A stretch of DNA of 63,972 bases, the filler included, from Octopus bimaculoides (lineage: Eukaryota): the NCBI RefSeq assembly GCF_001194135.2. It is 8 parts of 8 records of this genome, joined end to end, with 100 filler letters (N's around TTAATTAATTAA, not from the genome) between each part and the next. Parts side by side here need not be neighbours in the genome. Positions count along the whole stretch, not along the records: positions 36,316 to 43,527 come from NC_068986.1; positions 43,628 to 49,334 come from NW_026406640.1; positions 49,435 to 58,667 come from NC_068995.1; 5 more parts are not named here. One strand, 5' to 3'. The notes under the pieces are model-generated. The model did no database searches. It was not told the origin of the DNA and worked only from the letters and a program-made list of their open reading frames with translations. This document shows positions 37,160 through 49,755 of the stretch, one piece after another. Within the stretch, counting starts at the first letter, position 1. Each line of letters starts with the position of its first letter. A program made the position numbers and the translations under genes.

Positions 37160-37503
37160 TCTGAAAGTGTAGCTGCTAGAATAAGAATAGCCTGGGCAAA
37201 GTTCAGAGAGCTCTTACCTTGGGCACGTTGGGCAAGTGTCTTCTACTATAGCCTCAGGCCGACCAAAGCCCATCGTATATATGTATATATATATATATAT
37301 GTGTGTGTGTATATGTTTGCGTGTCTGTGTTTGTTCCCCCAACATCGCTTGACAACCGATGTTGGTATGTTTACATCCCCGTAACTTAGCAGTTCAGCAT
37401 AAGAGACCGATAGAATAAGTACTAGGCTTGCGGTTGATTTGCTCAACTAAAGGTGGTGCTCCAGCATGGCCGCAGTCAAATGACTGAAACAAGTAAAAGA
37501 GTA
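37160..37503 (+). mobile_element. 59-bp RTE ORF2 piece fused to a 5'-truncated SINE A
   Basis: 37160-37218 matches 18929-18987. The SINE A body follows directly. Confidence 0.8.
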
Positions 37504-38152
37504 ATATGTTAATAAATTGATGTTTATCTGTTAAAACTCTCCATTTTCTTCTTATCATTTATATATACATATATATATGTATATATAAATGATAAGAAGA
37601 AAATGGAGAGTTTTAACAGATAAACATCAATTTATTAACATATTACTCTTTTACTTGTTTCAGTCATTTGACTGCGGCCATGCTGGANNNNNNNNNNNNC
37701 AGAGTAACGGTTTTTTTGTTATATTTCTGCTGCTTTTAAATAAAGCATATTACTCTACCTCTGGTATTTGAGTACTCTTTTTTCCACCTTGTTGCATATT
37801 TCATGTGCTTACTCCGGTATATATATATATATATATATATAAGAAGGGTTTCCTTCAGTTACCATCTACCAAATCTACTCACTCGGCTTGATCAGTATGG
37901 GACTATAATAGAAGACACTTTCCCAAGGTGCCATGCAGTGGGATTGAACCCGGAACCATGTGGTTGGTAAGCAAGCTACTTACCATAGAACTACAAAATA
38001 AATCATTAATTCTTTCAATTGCAATATTTCTTTATCACAAAAATAAAGTTTTTGTATTATTTCACTAACAATGATCAATGTTTCGTCTTAGAAATTTAGT
38101 TACACAATTATAAAGTCTACTCTAATATTCTCCATTTAATAAGCGTATGTGT

Positions 38153-38520
38153 CATCATCATCGTTTAACGTTTGCTTTCTATGCTAGCATGGGCTGGACG
38201 ATTTGACTGAGGACTGGCGAACCCGATGGATACACCAGGCTCCAATCTGATTTGGCAGAGTTTCTACAGCTGGATGCCCTTCCTAACGCCAACCACTCCG
38301 AGAGTGTAGTGGGTGCTTTTACATGCCACTGGCACGAAGGCCGGTCAGGCAGTACTGGCAACAGCCGCGCTCAAAATGGTGTATTTTACGTGCCACCGAC
38401 ACAGGAGCCAGTCCAGCGGCACTGGCAACGATCTCGCTTGAATGTCTTTATACGTGCCAGTGCCATCACGATTTCACTTTCGCTTGCCCTAACAGGTCTT
38501 CGCAAGCCGAGTTAGTGTCC
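38153..38520 (-). mobile_element. RTE 3' UTR copy with fewer internal units
   Basis: Collinear with 39265-39780 apart from a reduced tandem block. Confidence 0.88.
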
Positions 38521-39264
38521 ATACTTCTATATACATGTGTACATGTATTCTAACACATTTGCATACATGTGTGTGTGTGTGTGACTTGGTTATGTGCTCC
38601 TATTCACATCAAAGTTTAATGTCAAAACATCCATACTTCTTACATATCAACCACTTCTCTTTATTATCCCTTTACTGGCTTCTTCTCTCTGACACACACA
38701 CTCGTTTTCACAATGAATGACATGATTTGACAGTCGCACATAACATACTGAAATATCTTGTTACTGTAGTTTTGTTTTGTTTTGTTTTATGTGCTGAGTA
38801 AAACATAAAGTTAGTGAAGTTAATGTTTAATCGGGGCTGCCCTGAGAGCTTTCGCTTTAAGAAAAATCCCTGGAATTTAGCTTTGTGGTTTTTCTCTTAG
38901 CCGGTTTTATAATAATCATCAAATTGGTTGATGATTATTATAAAATGTAAATAAAGCTATATAACAAGACATCTTTAAAAAAAAACAAGTCCTTTCAGCT
39001 AGTATATCAATTAAGTTCCTTTGACTAAACCATAAAACAACACACACACACACACCTGTGCACACATACACACACATCACAACCCCATTGATTATATTGT
39101 AACATATATCAGAAGTTGCTTTTAATTTACTGCTTAACGTACACTGTACTGTATGAAACCAAAGATACAATGACATCTTATATTGCTATTTTGCACTGTT
39201 GTTGCAATTGTTGGCTAGTCATTGAAAGTTTGGTGCGTCAATGGTATCAGGCTGTAGTAATATA

Positions 39265-40238
39265 TCATCATCATCATCATTTAACGGCCGTTTTCCATGC
39301 TAGCATGGGTTGGACGGTTTGACTGAGGACTGGCGAACCAGAAAGCTGCACCAGGCTCCAATCTGCTCTGGGAGAGTTTCTACAGCTGGATGCCCTTCCT
39401 AACACCAACCACTCGTGAGTGTAGTGGGTGCTTTTATGTGCCACCGGTATGAGGGCCAGTCAGGCAGTACTGGTAATGGCCACGCTCAAATGGTGTTTTT
39501 TACGTGCCACCTGCACAGGAGCCAGTCCAGTGGCACTGGCAACAACCTCGCTTGAATATTTTTTCACGTGCCACCAGCACAAGTGCCAGTAAGGTAACAC
39601 TGGTAATGATCATGCTCGAATGGTGCTTTTTACGTGCCACTGGCATGAAAGCCAGTCAGCTGCTCTGGCAACGATCACGCTCAGATGGTGCTCTTACCAC
39701 TCCACAAGCATGGATGCCAGTCATCGAATTTGCTTTCGATTTCACTTGCCTCAACAGGTCTTCGCAAGCAGAGTTTAGTGTCCAATGAAGGAAAGGTACG
39801 CATAAGTGGGCTGGTTACACCCACTGGCATAGGGCACGGGTTATGGTCTCACTAGGCTTTCTGGGTCTTCTCATGCACAGCATAATTCCAAAGGTCTTGG
39901 TCATTAGTCATTGCCTCAGTGAGGCCTAATGTTCGAAGGTTGTGCTTCACCACCTCTTCCCAGGTCTTCCTGGGTCTACCTCTTCCACAGGTTCCCTCAA
40001 CAGCTAGGGTGTAGCACTTTTTCACACAGCTATCCTCATCCATTCTCGCCACATGACCATACCAGCGCAGTCATCTCTCTTGCACACCACATCAGATGCT
40101 TCTTAGGTCCAACTTTTCTCTCAAGGTACTTACACTCTGTCGAGTATGCACACTCACATTACACATCCAGCGGAGCATACTGGCTTCATTCCTTGCAAGC
40201 TTACGCATGTCCTCAACAGTCACAGCCCGTTTCATGAT
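39265..40238 (-). mobile_element. 5'-truncated RTE LINE: ORF2 C-terminus, repeat-containing 3' UTR and (GAT)n tail
   Basis: Decayed NEASMLRWMCNV...WYGHVARMDEDSCVKKC...GRGRPRKTW...LGLTEAMT...KTQKA*, then about 590 bp of UTR, then catcatcatcat on the + strand. This copy links the ORF2 pieces to the many UTR-only copies. Confidence 0.93.
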
Positions 40239-40342
40239 CTTATGGCCTTCAAGCAGGCTATCCACATGCTAGAAATAACAGCCAAATCTCACACAAACTT
40301 TGTTTCCTTTTAATTGATATTTTTAATAAAATTTTCGACATA

Positions 40343-40835
40343 TAGGCGCAGGAGTGGCTGTGTGGTAAGTAGCTTGCTTACCAACCACATAGTTCTGGGT
40401 TCAGTCCCACTGTGTGGCACCTTGGGCAAGTGTCTTCTACTATAGCCTCGGGCCGACCAAAGCCTNNNNNNNNNNACATAGTTCTGGGTTCAGTCCCACT
40501 GTGTGGCACCTTGGGCAAGTGTCTTCTACTATAGCCTCGGGCCGACCAAAGCCTTGTAAGTGGATTTGGTAGACGGAAACTGAAAGAAGCCTGTCATATA
40601 TATGTTTATATACATGTGTGTGTTTGTGTGCCTGTGCTTGCCCCCCACCCCACCAACATCGCTTGACAACCGATGCTGGTGTGTTTACGTCCCTGTAACT
40701 TAACGGTTCGGCAAAAGTGACCGATAGAATAAGTACTAGGCTTACAAAGAATAATTCCTGGGGTCGATTTGCTCGACTAAAAGCAGTGCTCCAGCATGAC
40801 CGCAGTCAAATGACTGAAACAAGTAAAAGAGAGAA
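40343..40835 (+). mobile_element. SINE family A, full-length, with about 75 bp duplicated across a short N gap
   Basis: Collinear with 10391-10801. acatagttctggg...gaccaaagcct appears on both sides of the gap. Confidence 0.9.
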
Positions 40836-41142
40836 GAGAAAAGAGATATATGCTGCAATAAAATAATGAAAGAAATATGTAATCAATCTAATGTCTACAC
40901 ATATACATACATATATATTCACATATACAAAACAATTCTAACTTGCTTATAATCATGTTCATCATTGCCTTGATTGTCATCACCAACAGAGTAGTCAACA
41001 TCGTCACTCACAGAACTACAAATCCTGTGGGGTGGGGTCAGCTTCGTACTAGTGGACAAGGGAATAATCCATGAGAAGGAGGTGTGGTAGTGCAGGTTTT
41101 AGTAGAGGACCAGTATGGTTAGTAATTTCTAGTAGGAGGAAA

Positions 41143-41300
41143 AGGGTAAAGATCCCTTTTGGTCATGAATGACCATGAGATTGCACCTAGAAAGTTCCCC
41201 TCCAAGGTACAAGTCCGGGCAAATTTGTTTATGGTAGACCAGCATACCAGCCTACCCTTTCCATGTTATCCAAGGGAAAAGCAAAGACTGATACAGCAAA
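41143..41300 (-). repeat. Unclassified interspersed repeat; opposite-strand copy at about 33555-33680
   Basis: ggtcatgaatgaccatgagattgcacctagaaagttcccctccaagg is the reverse complement of ccttggagaggaactttcaaggtgcaatcccatggtcattcatgacc. Confidence 0.7.
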
Positions 41301-42104
41301 GCATTCGATAGAGTATGTATGTATGTGCCAAAAAGTTTGTGAGATTTAGCTGTTATTTCTAGCTTGTGGATAGCCTACTCGAAGGCTGCAGAATCAGGAT
41401 GGGAGAGGGTTGTTGTAATTTTAATTTTTTTTTTTTTTTTTGACAAACAATATTTCTTCAGAATCATAATTTCCGTATTTTTCTACGTATTTCGACAGAA
41501 AANNNNNNNNNNNNNNNNNNNNNNNNNNNNNNNNNNNNNNNNNNNNNNNNNNNNNNNNNNNNNNNNNNNNNNNNNNNNNNNNNNNNNNNNNNNNNNNNNN
41601 NNNNNNNNNNNNNNNNNNNNNNNNNNNNNNNNNNNNNNNNNNNNNNNNNNNNNNNNNNNNNNNNNNNNNNNNNNNNNNNNNNNNNNNNNNNNNNNNNNNN
41701 NNNNNNNNNNNNNNNNNNNNNNNNNNNNNNNNNNNNNNNNNNNNNNNNNNNNNNNNNNNNNNNNNNNNNNNNNNNNNNNNNNNNNNNNNNNNNNNNNNNN
41801 NNNNNNNNNNNNNNNNNNNNNNNNNNNNNNNNNNNNNNNNNNNNNNNNNNNNNNNNNNNNNNNNNNNNNNNNNNNNNNNNNNNNNNNNNNNNNNNNNNNN
41901 NNNNNNNNNNNNNNNNNNNNNNNNNNNNNNNNNNNNNNNNNNNNNNNNNNNNNNNNNNNNNNNNNNATCTTAATGTGTCCTTAATTTTATAAGACGCTTG
42001 AGGTATATGGTTTAAGGCAGAATTAGTTGTTAATTCATGTAGGTCGAGGAACCACATTAAGGCCTCCCAACCGAAATGTCGTCTGCAGGTCATTATTTAA
42101 CATC

Positions 42105-42255
42105 CTCCTGCGCATGCGCAATGGAACAGACGCTTTAAGAAAATATCCGGGTGAGATGAGCAGGAGGCGATTTTTCCCCCACGAGAGTTCCGGACACCTG
42201 TAATGTACTCATTTGCATACAGCCAATCAGAGGTCCCCTTGACCTTGTCAAGTTA
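42105..42255. promoter_or_regulatory. Candidate promoter/enhancer motif cluster
   Basis: TGCGCATGCGCA (NRF1-type, 42109-42120), ATTTGCAT (octamer, 42211-42218), AGCCAATCAG (NF-Y, 42221-42230) and TGACCTTG (ERR/SF1-type, 42240-42247), in relatively CpG-rich non-repeat sequence. Confidence 0.45.
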
Positions 42256-43026
42256 ACAAACACACTCTACCAAATAAACTCAAGACTAAGAGTAGTGTTG
42301 TAAATCGACCGATCGCCAGGTTATGCCCGATTTTAGGAGACAAGTAATTAGATAGATTTGCATCTATACTTGTTATCGGATTTTGTTAGGGCTCCATACG
42401 GTAAAGATGTGGATGGGGAAAATGTGGGTAGAGGGTGATGTGCTAGCAACCCTCTCCCTTACTGTTTTACAAAGTAAACAACAATACAATTATGCAGAGG
42501 CACGACAGGCCAGCAACAGGCATGCAGGCAGACAGACAGATACTTCACTAGCAGTGAGCACTTTCACTTCTGACAGCTAATAGCATGATAGTGCCTATTA
42601 TTCTTTTGGTTAATGTTTACAAATCAGTAAAAATAGTGCAATTATTCTTTTCTACTCTAGCTACAAGGCCCGAAAGTTTGGGGGACTGGCCCAGTCGATG
42701 AGATCGCACCAGTACGCAACTGGTATTTAATTTATCGACCCCGAAAGCGACGGCGTTTTGTTCAGCCGGTCAACCAGATTCGGTTCTCACTGACTTTGGA
42801 TTACGGAATTCTTGTTGAGAATAGATTTCGTTGCAGGCTTTTGGTGGCCTAGAAGAGGTTAGAAGGGTTAAGTGGCAAAGACATTATTCCGGCTTAGCGA
42901 AGGCATCAGGTAAATCTGCTGTCACTCACAGAAAAACTATTGTTTTACCGTGAGAAAAGTGCTGTTAAGTAAAGATTGGCTATCGAGGATCGAATCCACG
43001 CCATGCCTGCATGAACTACTACTACT

Positions 43027-43069
<43 letters not shown>

Positions 43070-43527
43070 GAAATGTGTGTGTGTGTATGACACAAGATGC
43101 GGACGACCTATTGCAATATACTCTGCAATGTGTGGTAGCGTGTGCGTACGTCGTCTAAAAGTCCGTAAGTCAGGAAAAAGATGCACTTGTATATCTGTCA
43201 ATGGAGTCGGTTTCGAGCTAAGGATACATCGGAATCACCCTTAGCGCGAAACCGAGTTCAAATTCCGCCGAGGTTGATTTTGCCTTTCATCCTTTCGGGG
43301 TCGATTAAATAAGTACCAGTTACGCACTGAGATCGACTTAATCCGTTTGTCTGTCCTTGTTTGTCCCCCTCTCTGTGTAGCTCCTTGTGGGCAGTAAAGA
43401 TATAAGATCGGCCGTGATGGATATATAATATTGTACACTTCGGATAATATACCCACTCTATTGGCAGATATACGAGGGCATTTTTTCCTGACTTAGGGAC
43501 TCTTAGACGACTTACACACACACATAC

Positions 43528-43627
43528 NNNNNNNNNNNNNNNNNNNNNNNNNNNNNNNNNNNNNNNNNNNNTTAATTAATTAANNNNNNNNNNNNNNNNN
43601 NNNNNNNNNNNNNNNNNNNNNNNNNNN
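43528..43627. other. Artificial scaffold-join spacer
   Basis: Same 100-bp pattern. Confidence 0.97.
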
Positions 43628-43737
43628 GTGCGACGAAGCCCTTTACAGAACAGAACCAATTTCCTCCTTCGCACCTCTGAACTTTGGAATACCCTTCTTC
43701 AATCTTGTTGCTCTCTTCAATGTGACCTCCAGTAAGG

Positions 43738-43848
43738 CGGGGCGAGCTGGCAGAAACGTTAGCACGCCGGACGAAATGCTTAGCGGTATTCCATGTCTTT
43801 ATGTTCTGAGTTCAAATTCCACCGAGGTCGACTTTGTTTTTCATCCTG
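43738..43848 (+). mobile_element. SINE B 5' half; other B fragments at about 42645-42745 (-), 43255-43405 (+) and 55998-56182 (-)
   Basis: ggcgagctggcagaaacgttagcacgccggacgaaatgcttagcgg. Confidence 0.8.
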
Positions 43849-44997
43849 CACTTCAAAGTAGACTGTGACAAACAGTATTTTAAGCAGAGTATGTTCAAAG
43901 TGCTGTTACAGCCGTTTCCTTCAATATGGAATGACAAAAGTTGGCAGGTCAGCTTATGGGATGTCTATTAATGATATCCCGAAAATTGCAATAATCTGGG
44001 ACAGTTATAAATGGCTCTTGTAAACTGAGTCTCAAAACTTCTGGAATGCACCTTGTCAAATTTTCGAAACATGAGTTTTTCAAAATACACAACACACACA
44101 CACACACCATCACCCTCTGCCAACCACTTCTGCTTGGGTAGAGGTGTGTGAGGGGAGGGGGGAGAGGGGGTGGGGTAGATGAGGGTGATCTGACGTCATG
44201 CACAGAAGACCAGAGCTAAATTTCNNNNNNNNNNNNNNNNNNNNNNNNNNNNNNNNNNNNNNNNNNNNNNNNNNNNNNNNNNNNNNNNNNNNNNNNNNNN
44301 NNNNNNNNNNNNNNNNNNNNNNNNNNNNNNNNNNNNNNNNNNNNNNNNNNNNNNNNNNNNNNNNNNNNNNNNNNNNNNNNNNNNNNNNNNNNNNNNNNNN
44401 NNNNNNNNNNNNNNNNNNNNNNNNNNNNNNNNNNNNNNNNNNNNNNNNNNNNNNNNNNNNNNNNNNNNNNNNNNNNNNNNNNNNNNNNNNNNNNNNNNNN
44501 NNNNNNNNNNNNNNNNNNNNNNNNNNNNNNNNNNNNNNNNNNNNNNNNNNNNNNNNNNNNNNNNNNNNNNNNNNNNNNNNNNNNNNNNNNNNNNNNNNNN
44601 NNNNNNNNNNNNNNNNNNNNNNNNNNNNNNNNNNNNNNNNNNNNNNNNNNNNNNNNNNNNNNNNNNNNNNNNNNNNNNNNNNNNNNNNNNNNNNNNNNNN
44701 NNNNNNNNNNNNNNNNNNNNNNNNNNNNNNNNNNNNNNNNNNNNNNNNNNNNNNNNNNNNNNNNNNNNNNNNNNNNNNNNNNNNNNNNNNNNNNNNNNNN
44801 NNNNNNNNNNNNNNNNNNNNNNNNNNNNNNNNNNNNNNNNNNNNNNNNNNNNNNNNNNNNNNNNNNNNNNNNNNNNNNNNNNNNNNNNNNNNNNNNNNNN
44901 NNNNNNNNNNNNNNNNNNNNNNNNNNNNNNNNNNNNNNNNNNNNNNNNNNNNNNNNNNNNNNNNNNNNNNNNNNNNNNNNNNNNNNNNNNNNNNNNN

Positions 44998-45425
44998 GTG
45001 TATACAGGGGTTCCTGTTGATCCGTTCAACGGAACAACCTTTTTTTGGAATATAACACGTACGATAGTTGAGGCATTGTTGCTGTACATTAAGAAAAGGA
45101 GCCCTCCGTCGGTTACGACGACGAGCGTCCCAGCTGATCCGATCAACGGAACAGCTTGATTGGGAAATTAACGTGCAAGTGACTGAGCACCCCACAGACA
45201 CGTGTACCCTTAACGTAGTTCTCAGGGAGATTCATCGTGACGCAGTGTGACAAGGCTGGCCCCTTTGAATTACAGGTACAGCTCATTTTTGCCAGCTGAG
45301 TGGACTGGAGCAACGTGAAATAAACTGTCTTGCTCAAGGACACAACGCGTCGTTGGGAATTGAACTCACAACCTTACGATTGTGAGCCGAATGCCCCTAA
45401 CCACTAAGCCACGTGCCTTCACTTG
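44998..45425 (-). mobile_element. SINE family C (tRNA head and conserved central domain)
   Basis: Minus strand reads ggcttagtggttaggggcattcggctcacaatcgtaaggttgtgagttcaattccc, then gtgtccttgagcaagacagtttatttcacgttgctccagtccactcagctg. Confidence 0.88.
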
Positions 45426-45734
45426 CTGTACATTAAAAATATGTGAAATAGATGTATACAGGAGGTGCTCAGATCGGGCCCGTTAATTAAAATCTAAGGT
45501 CAAACCATACGAGATGGAATCCAGGCAAACGAGAAATGGCTTCCAGCAGCACAACAGTTGCGCAAATGAAGGGATGGAAATGAAATCAAATGGTGACAAG
45601 TGGTTGTTAATGGCACCAAAGCATTCATGAAATAGTTCTTCGGGAGAGTGTCTAAATATAAATTCAGTAGACAAACAGGAAAATCTGGTAGACGGGGATT
45701 TGTGGTAATTCTTCGTCGCTAAGCAAATATCCTG

Positions 45735-46160
45735 AAAGTTCATTTGCCAGTTCTCGAGTGGTTTTACGTGGATCTTTTTCAATGACGTTCTTTAATTGAC
45801 CGTCGTCGACGACAGACGGGTGTCCACTACGCTCACGATCTTCAAAGCTTAGGTTTGAAGAAATTGTTTAAACCATTTTCGAGCTGACCACTCACAGGTC
45901 ACTTCTTCACCAAACGTTTCGTTGATATTGAAGTTGAATAACCAAATTGCTTGAATATCGGAATTCAACAGTTCCATTTCAGATGATTGTAATAACGGTG
46001 AAAAAAAATCAATGTTAATTTATTGATTCATTTTGGGGGCAAATCTATGTCTGTATTATCAAACAATTGCAAAAAAATGCTTTAAAAAATTCAAAACTGC
46101 AAAAATCTGGTACAAATTCTTCATGGTTCAAAAAACATCTCTTACTTTTTACTCAACCTG

Positions 46161-46162
<2 letters not shown>
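45735..46162 (-). mobile_element. Mariner transposon 5' part (TIR and N-terminal HTH region), decayed
   Basis: TA-flanked end tatcaggttgagtaaaaagtaa resembles mariner TIRs. Peptide MELLNSDIQAIWLFNF..NINETFGEEVTCEWSARKWFKQF..EDRERSGHPSVVDDGQLKNVIEKDPRKTTRELANEL. Confidence 0.9.
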
Positions 46163-46192
<30 letters not shown>

Positions 46193-46307
46193 CTGTGTGT
46201 GTGTGTCTGTGTATATATATATATACATGTGAAATAGATGCATACAGGAGGTGCTCAGATCGGGCCCGTTAATTAAAATCTAAGGTCAAACCATACGAGA
46301 TGGAATC

Positions 46308-46381
46308 CAACTTCTTGGGTTACACTAACTTTGATTAATTAGACACACACACACACGTGTATATACATATATATGTATACA

Positions 46382-46432
<51 letters not shown>

Positions 46433-46831
46433 TTATATATATGTGTGTATATATATATATATATATTTATATATATGTGTGTATATATANNNNNNNNNNN
46501 NNNNNNNNNNNNNNNNNNNNNNNNNNNNNNNNNNNNNNNNNNNNNNNNNNNNNNNNNNNNNNNNNNNNNNNNNNNNNNNNNNNNNNNNNNNNNNNNNNNN
46601 NNNNNNNNNNNNNNNNNNNNNNNNNNNNNNNNNNNNNNNNNNNNNNNNNNNNNNNNNNNNNNNNNNNNNNNNNNNNNNNNNNNNNNNNNNNNNNNNNNNN
46701 NNNNNNNNNNNNNNNNNNNNNNNNNNNNNNNNNNNNNNNNNNNNNNNNNNNNNNNNNNNNNNNNNNNNNNNNNNNNNNNNNNNNNNNNNNTTTCTACCCT
46801 CATTATTTAATATATGTATATATATATACAC

Positions 46832-46896
<65 letters not shown>

Positions 46897-46968
46897 TGTA
46901 TACATATATATGTATATACACGTGTGTGTGTGTCTAATTAATCAAAGTTAGTGTAACCCAAGAAGTTG
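46308..46968. repeat. Inverted repeat spanning an N gap (TA/TG-rich arms with a unique ~35-bp outer part)
   Basis: caacttcttgggttacactaactttgattaattag at 46308 pairs with ctaattaatcaaagttagtgtaacccaagaagttg ending at 46968. Confidence 0.9.
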
Positions 46969-47285
46969 AACAGTGGACGCATGTACACAAATTTCGTTTC
47001 CTTTAAAAGAAAAAAAAAACTGGATAGGGTGGGGGCTAGCAGTCAAATAGTACCGACGCCTTCATACACAACCAGTGCACCGTAGAAGAGGCTTAGAAGC
47101 GGGTAAGCCCTAACATACAGAAACGTTTAGAGTTTTTTCCTACACCCACCAGGGCCCGCTCGCCATCCGGCGCTGTTAATACATGTTGTTTGGGAAGTTT
47201 TCTCCACAAGGAGTCTTAGATATTGAAGACATATGTAAGGGATTTTCAAACGCATTCATGTGTGTGTGTGTGTGTGTGTGCATAT

Positions 47286-47504
47286 ATTCTTTTATTCTTT
47301 GCTTGTTTCAGTCATGTGACTGCGGCCATGCTGGAGCACCGCCTTTTAGTCGAATCAAATCGACCCCAGGACTTATTCTTTGTAAGCCTGGTACCTATTC
47401 TATCGGTCTCTTTTTGCCGAACCGCTAGGTTACGGGGCATAAAAACACACTAGCATCGGTTGTCAAGCGATGTTGGGGGGACAAACACAGATACACAAAC
47501 ATAT

Positions 47505-47535
<31 letters not shown>

Positions 47536-47565
47536 CACACACACACATATATACGACGGGCTTCT
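47286..47565 (-). mobile_element. SINE A 3' half
   Basis: Reverse complement of the family A body and tail. Confidence 0.88.
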
Positions 47566-48521
47566 ATCTCCGCAAAATTTCATTTAAAATTACGAACATC
47601 ACAAAGTTATGAGAAAACAAACGTTGGAGCCTCAAACTGCAGGAATGCCCTTTCATTTTATACCTGCATGCATGCTGTATGTATGTATGTATGTAGGTAG
47701 GTAGGTATGCAGGTGTATTTGTGTAATTAATTGGCTTCCAGTAACCAGAAGCACTTGAATGGCGACGGGCACATGTTTATATTTTGGCAAAAACGAGGGA
47801 AATTGTACCAAAAAAAAAATAGTTTTGCTATGTAGGGAAAGGTACACGAAAATATGTGTACACACACACACATACGTAAGTATATATACACACATACAAA
47901 TGCTTGTGTGTGTGCTTATGTCTACGCGCGCGTGTGTGTGTGTGTGTACACTGTTCGTCCGTGTGTCATTTGAATGTTATGTACTTCACAGTTTTACTCT
48001 TCACGGTCATGGCCATGTTGGAGCACTGCTCTCCCATATGTATGTGTGTGTATATAATTATATGCATATAGGTAGGTACACTGATACACACACACACACA
48101 CACAGAGCATGGTTAAAACGAACTGCGTAAGCATATGTTTATAACTGAACTTTACAATGATAGTAACTTCGAAGTTTTCGGTCAGCAAGCCTTCGTCGGA
48201 ATTTCTGAGTGCATACATACATACATACATACATACATACATACATACATACATACACAAACACAAGCACTCACGTGCGATATATTGAGTCGGAAAAGTT
48301 TGATTGGCGAAGTTTATCCATGCAATTACTACATAAAAACTTCCCTCGAACGGGTGTCCATACAAAATGAAACGGACTACATTTACATATAGTCTTCTAC
48401 TCTTTTGCATCAGATTAGACGGCGCCCATGCTGGGACACACACACACACATCCTTTCATACACACAGACATAGGTATCTAAATGAATGTAGATACATACA
48501 TACGTACATACATATATTTAG

Positions 48522-48571
<50 letters not shown>

Positions 48572-48842
48572 GTAGATAGGTAGATAGATAGATAGATAGA
48601 TGGGTAGATAGAGAAATACATTTTCATAGCTTATCAATAGTTATCTGTCTGTATATATGTAAAAAAAAAATCTGTACATACATACGGGTTTACATACATG
48701 TGTATATTATATCTGTACCTATACATATATATATATATATANNNNNNNNNNNNNNNNNNNNNNNNNNNNNNNNNNNNNNNATATATATAAGCATGTGCTT
48801 GTGTCTGTATGTGTTTATATATATGTGTGTGTGTGTGTGTGT

Positions 48843-48873
<31 letters not shown>

Positions 48874-49334
48874 TAAATATATACACACACACACATATGC
48901 TCTTACCAAATTAACTTTCTCGGCGAAGTCCCAAAAGTTCTTGTTAATTTTCTTCTCATTAAACTTTCTTATTCTTCCAGTCGTTGCAAGTGACTTATTG
49001 CAATAATCCTAATATTAATATTAAAATTAGCAGCTAATAATAATATTATAATTACTGTTATGATAACGATGTAGCTAATTTATAATATTATGAGTTTATG
49101 ATAATGACATCTGTTCGGCTTTCGTTGTTTTTGTTGTTTAAATATCGTAGCTTCGACAAATTCCGCCGCTTGTCGCACTTGCATTCACTCGCCTTATGTT
49201 CAATGTGTGTATGTGTGTGTATGTATGTGCGTATGTATGCGTATGTGTGTGTTGCTAGTTTACGCATGTATGTCTGTGTTTTTGAGTGTATGTGTGCCTT
49301 TGAGTGCGTGCGTGCGTGTGTGTGTGTGTGTGTG

Positions 49335-49434
49335 NNNNNNNNNNNNNNNNNNNNNNNNNNNNNNNNNNNNNNNNNNNNTTAATTAATTAANNNNNNNNNN
49401 NNNNNNNNNNNNNNNNNNNNNNNNNNNNNNNNNN
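49335..49434. other. Artificial scaffold-join spacer
   Basis: Same 100-bp pattern. Confidence 0.97.
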
Positions 49435-49440
49435 AGCGTA

Positions 49441-49486
<46 letters not shown>

Positions 49487-49634
49487 TTGATGACCGTCAT
49501 AATGATGCTGCTGATGATGATATTGATGATTTTGGTGTATTGGTGACAGAAGTGGATGATGATATTCATATGGATGATGATGATGATGATGATGATGACG
49601 ATGATGATGATGACGACGACGATGATGATGATGG

Positions 49635-49665
<31 letters not shown>

Positions 49666-49673
49666 AGTAAAAA

Positions 49674-49704
<31 letters not shown>

Positions 49705-49755
49705 AACGATCACAGAGATGATGACAACGTAGCTGATGACGTTGGTGACGATTAT
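49435..49755. repeat. (GAT)n/(GAC)n tract
   Basis: Visible directly. Confidence 0.95.

Noticed and set aside
45340-45420. tRNA gene-like sequence (also at about 9275-9350, 60850-60915 and the SINE A/B heads)
   Set aside because: A and B boxes are present, but each continues into a multi-copy SINE body and lacks a clean acceptor stem and terminator.
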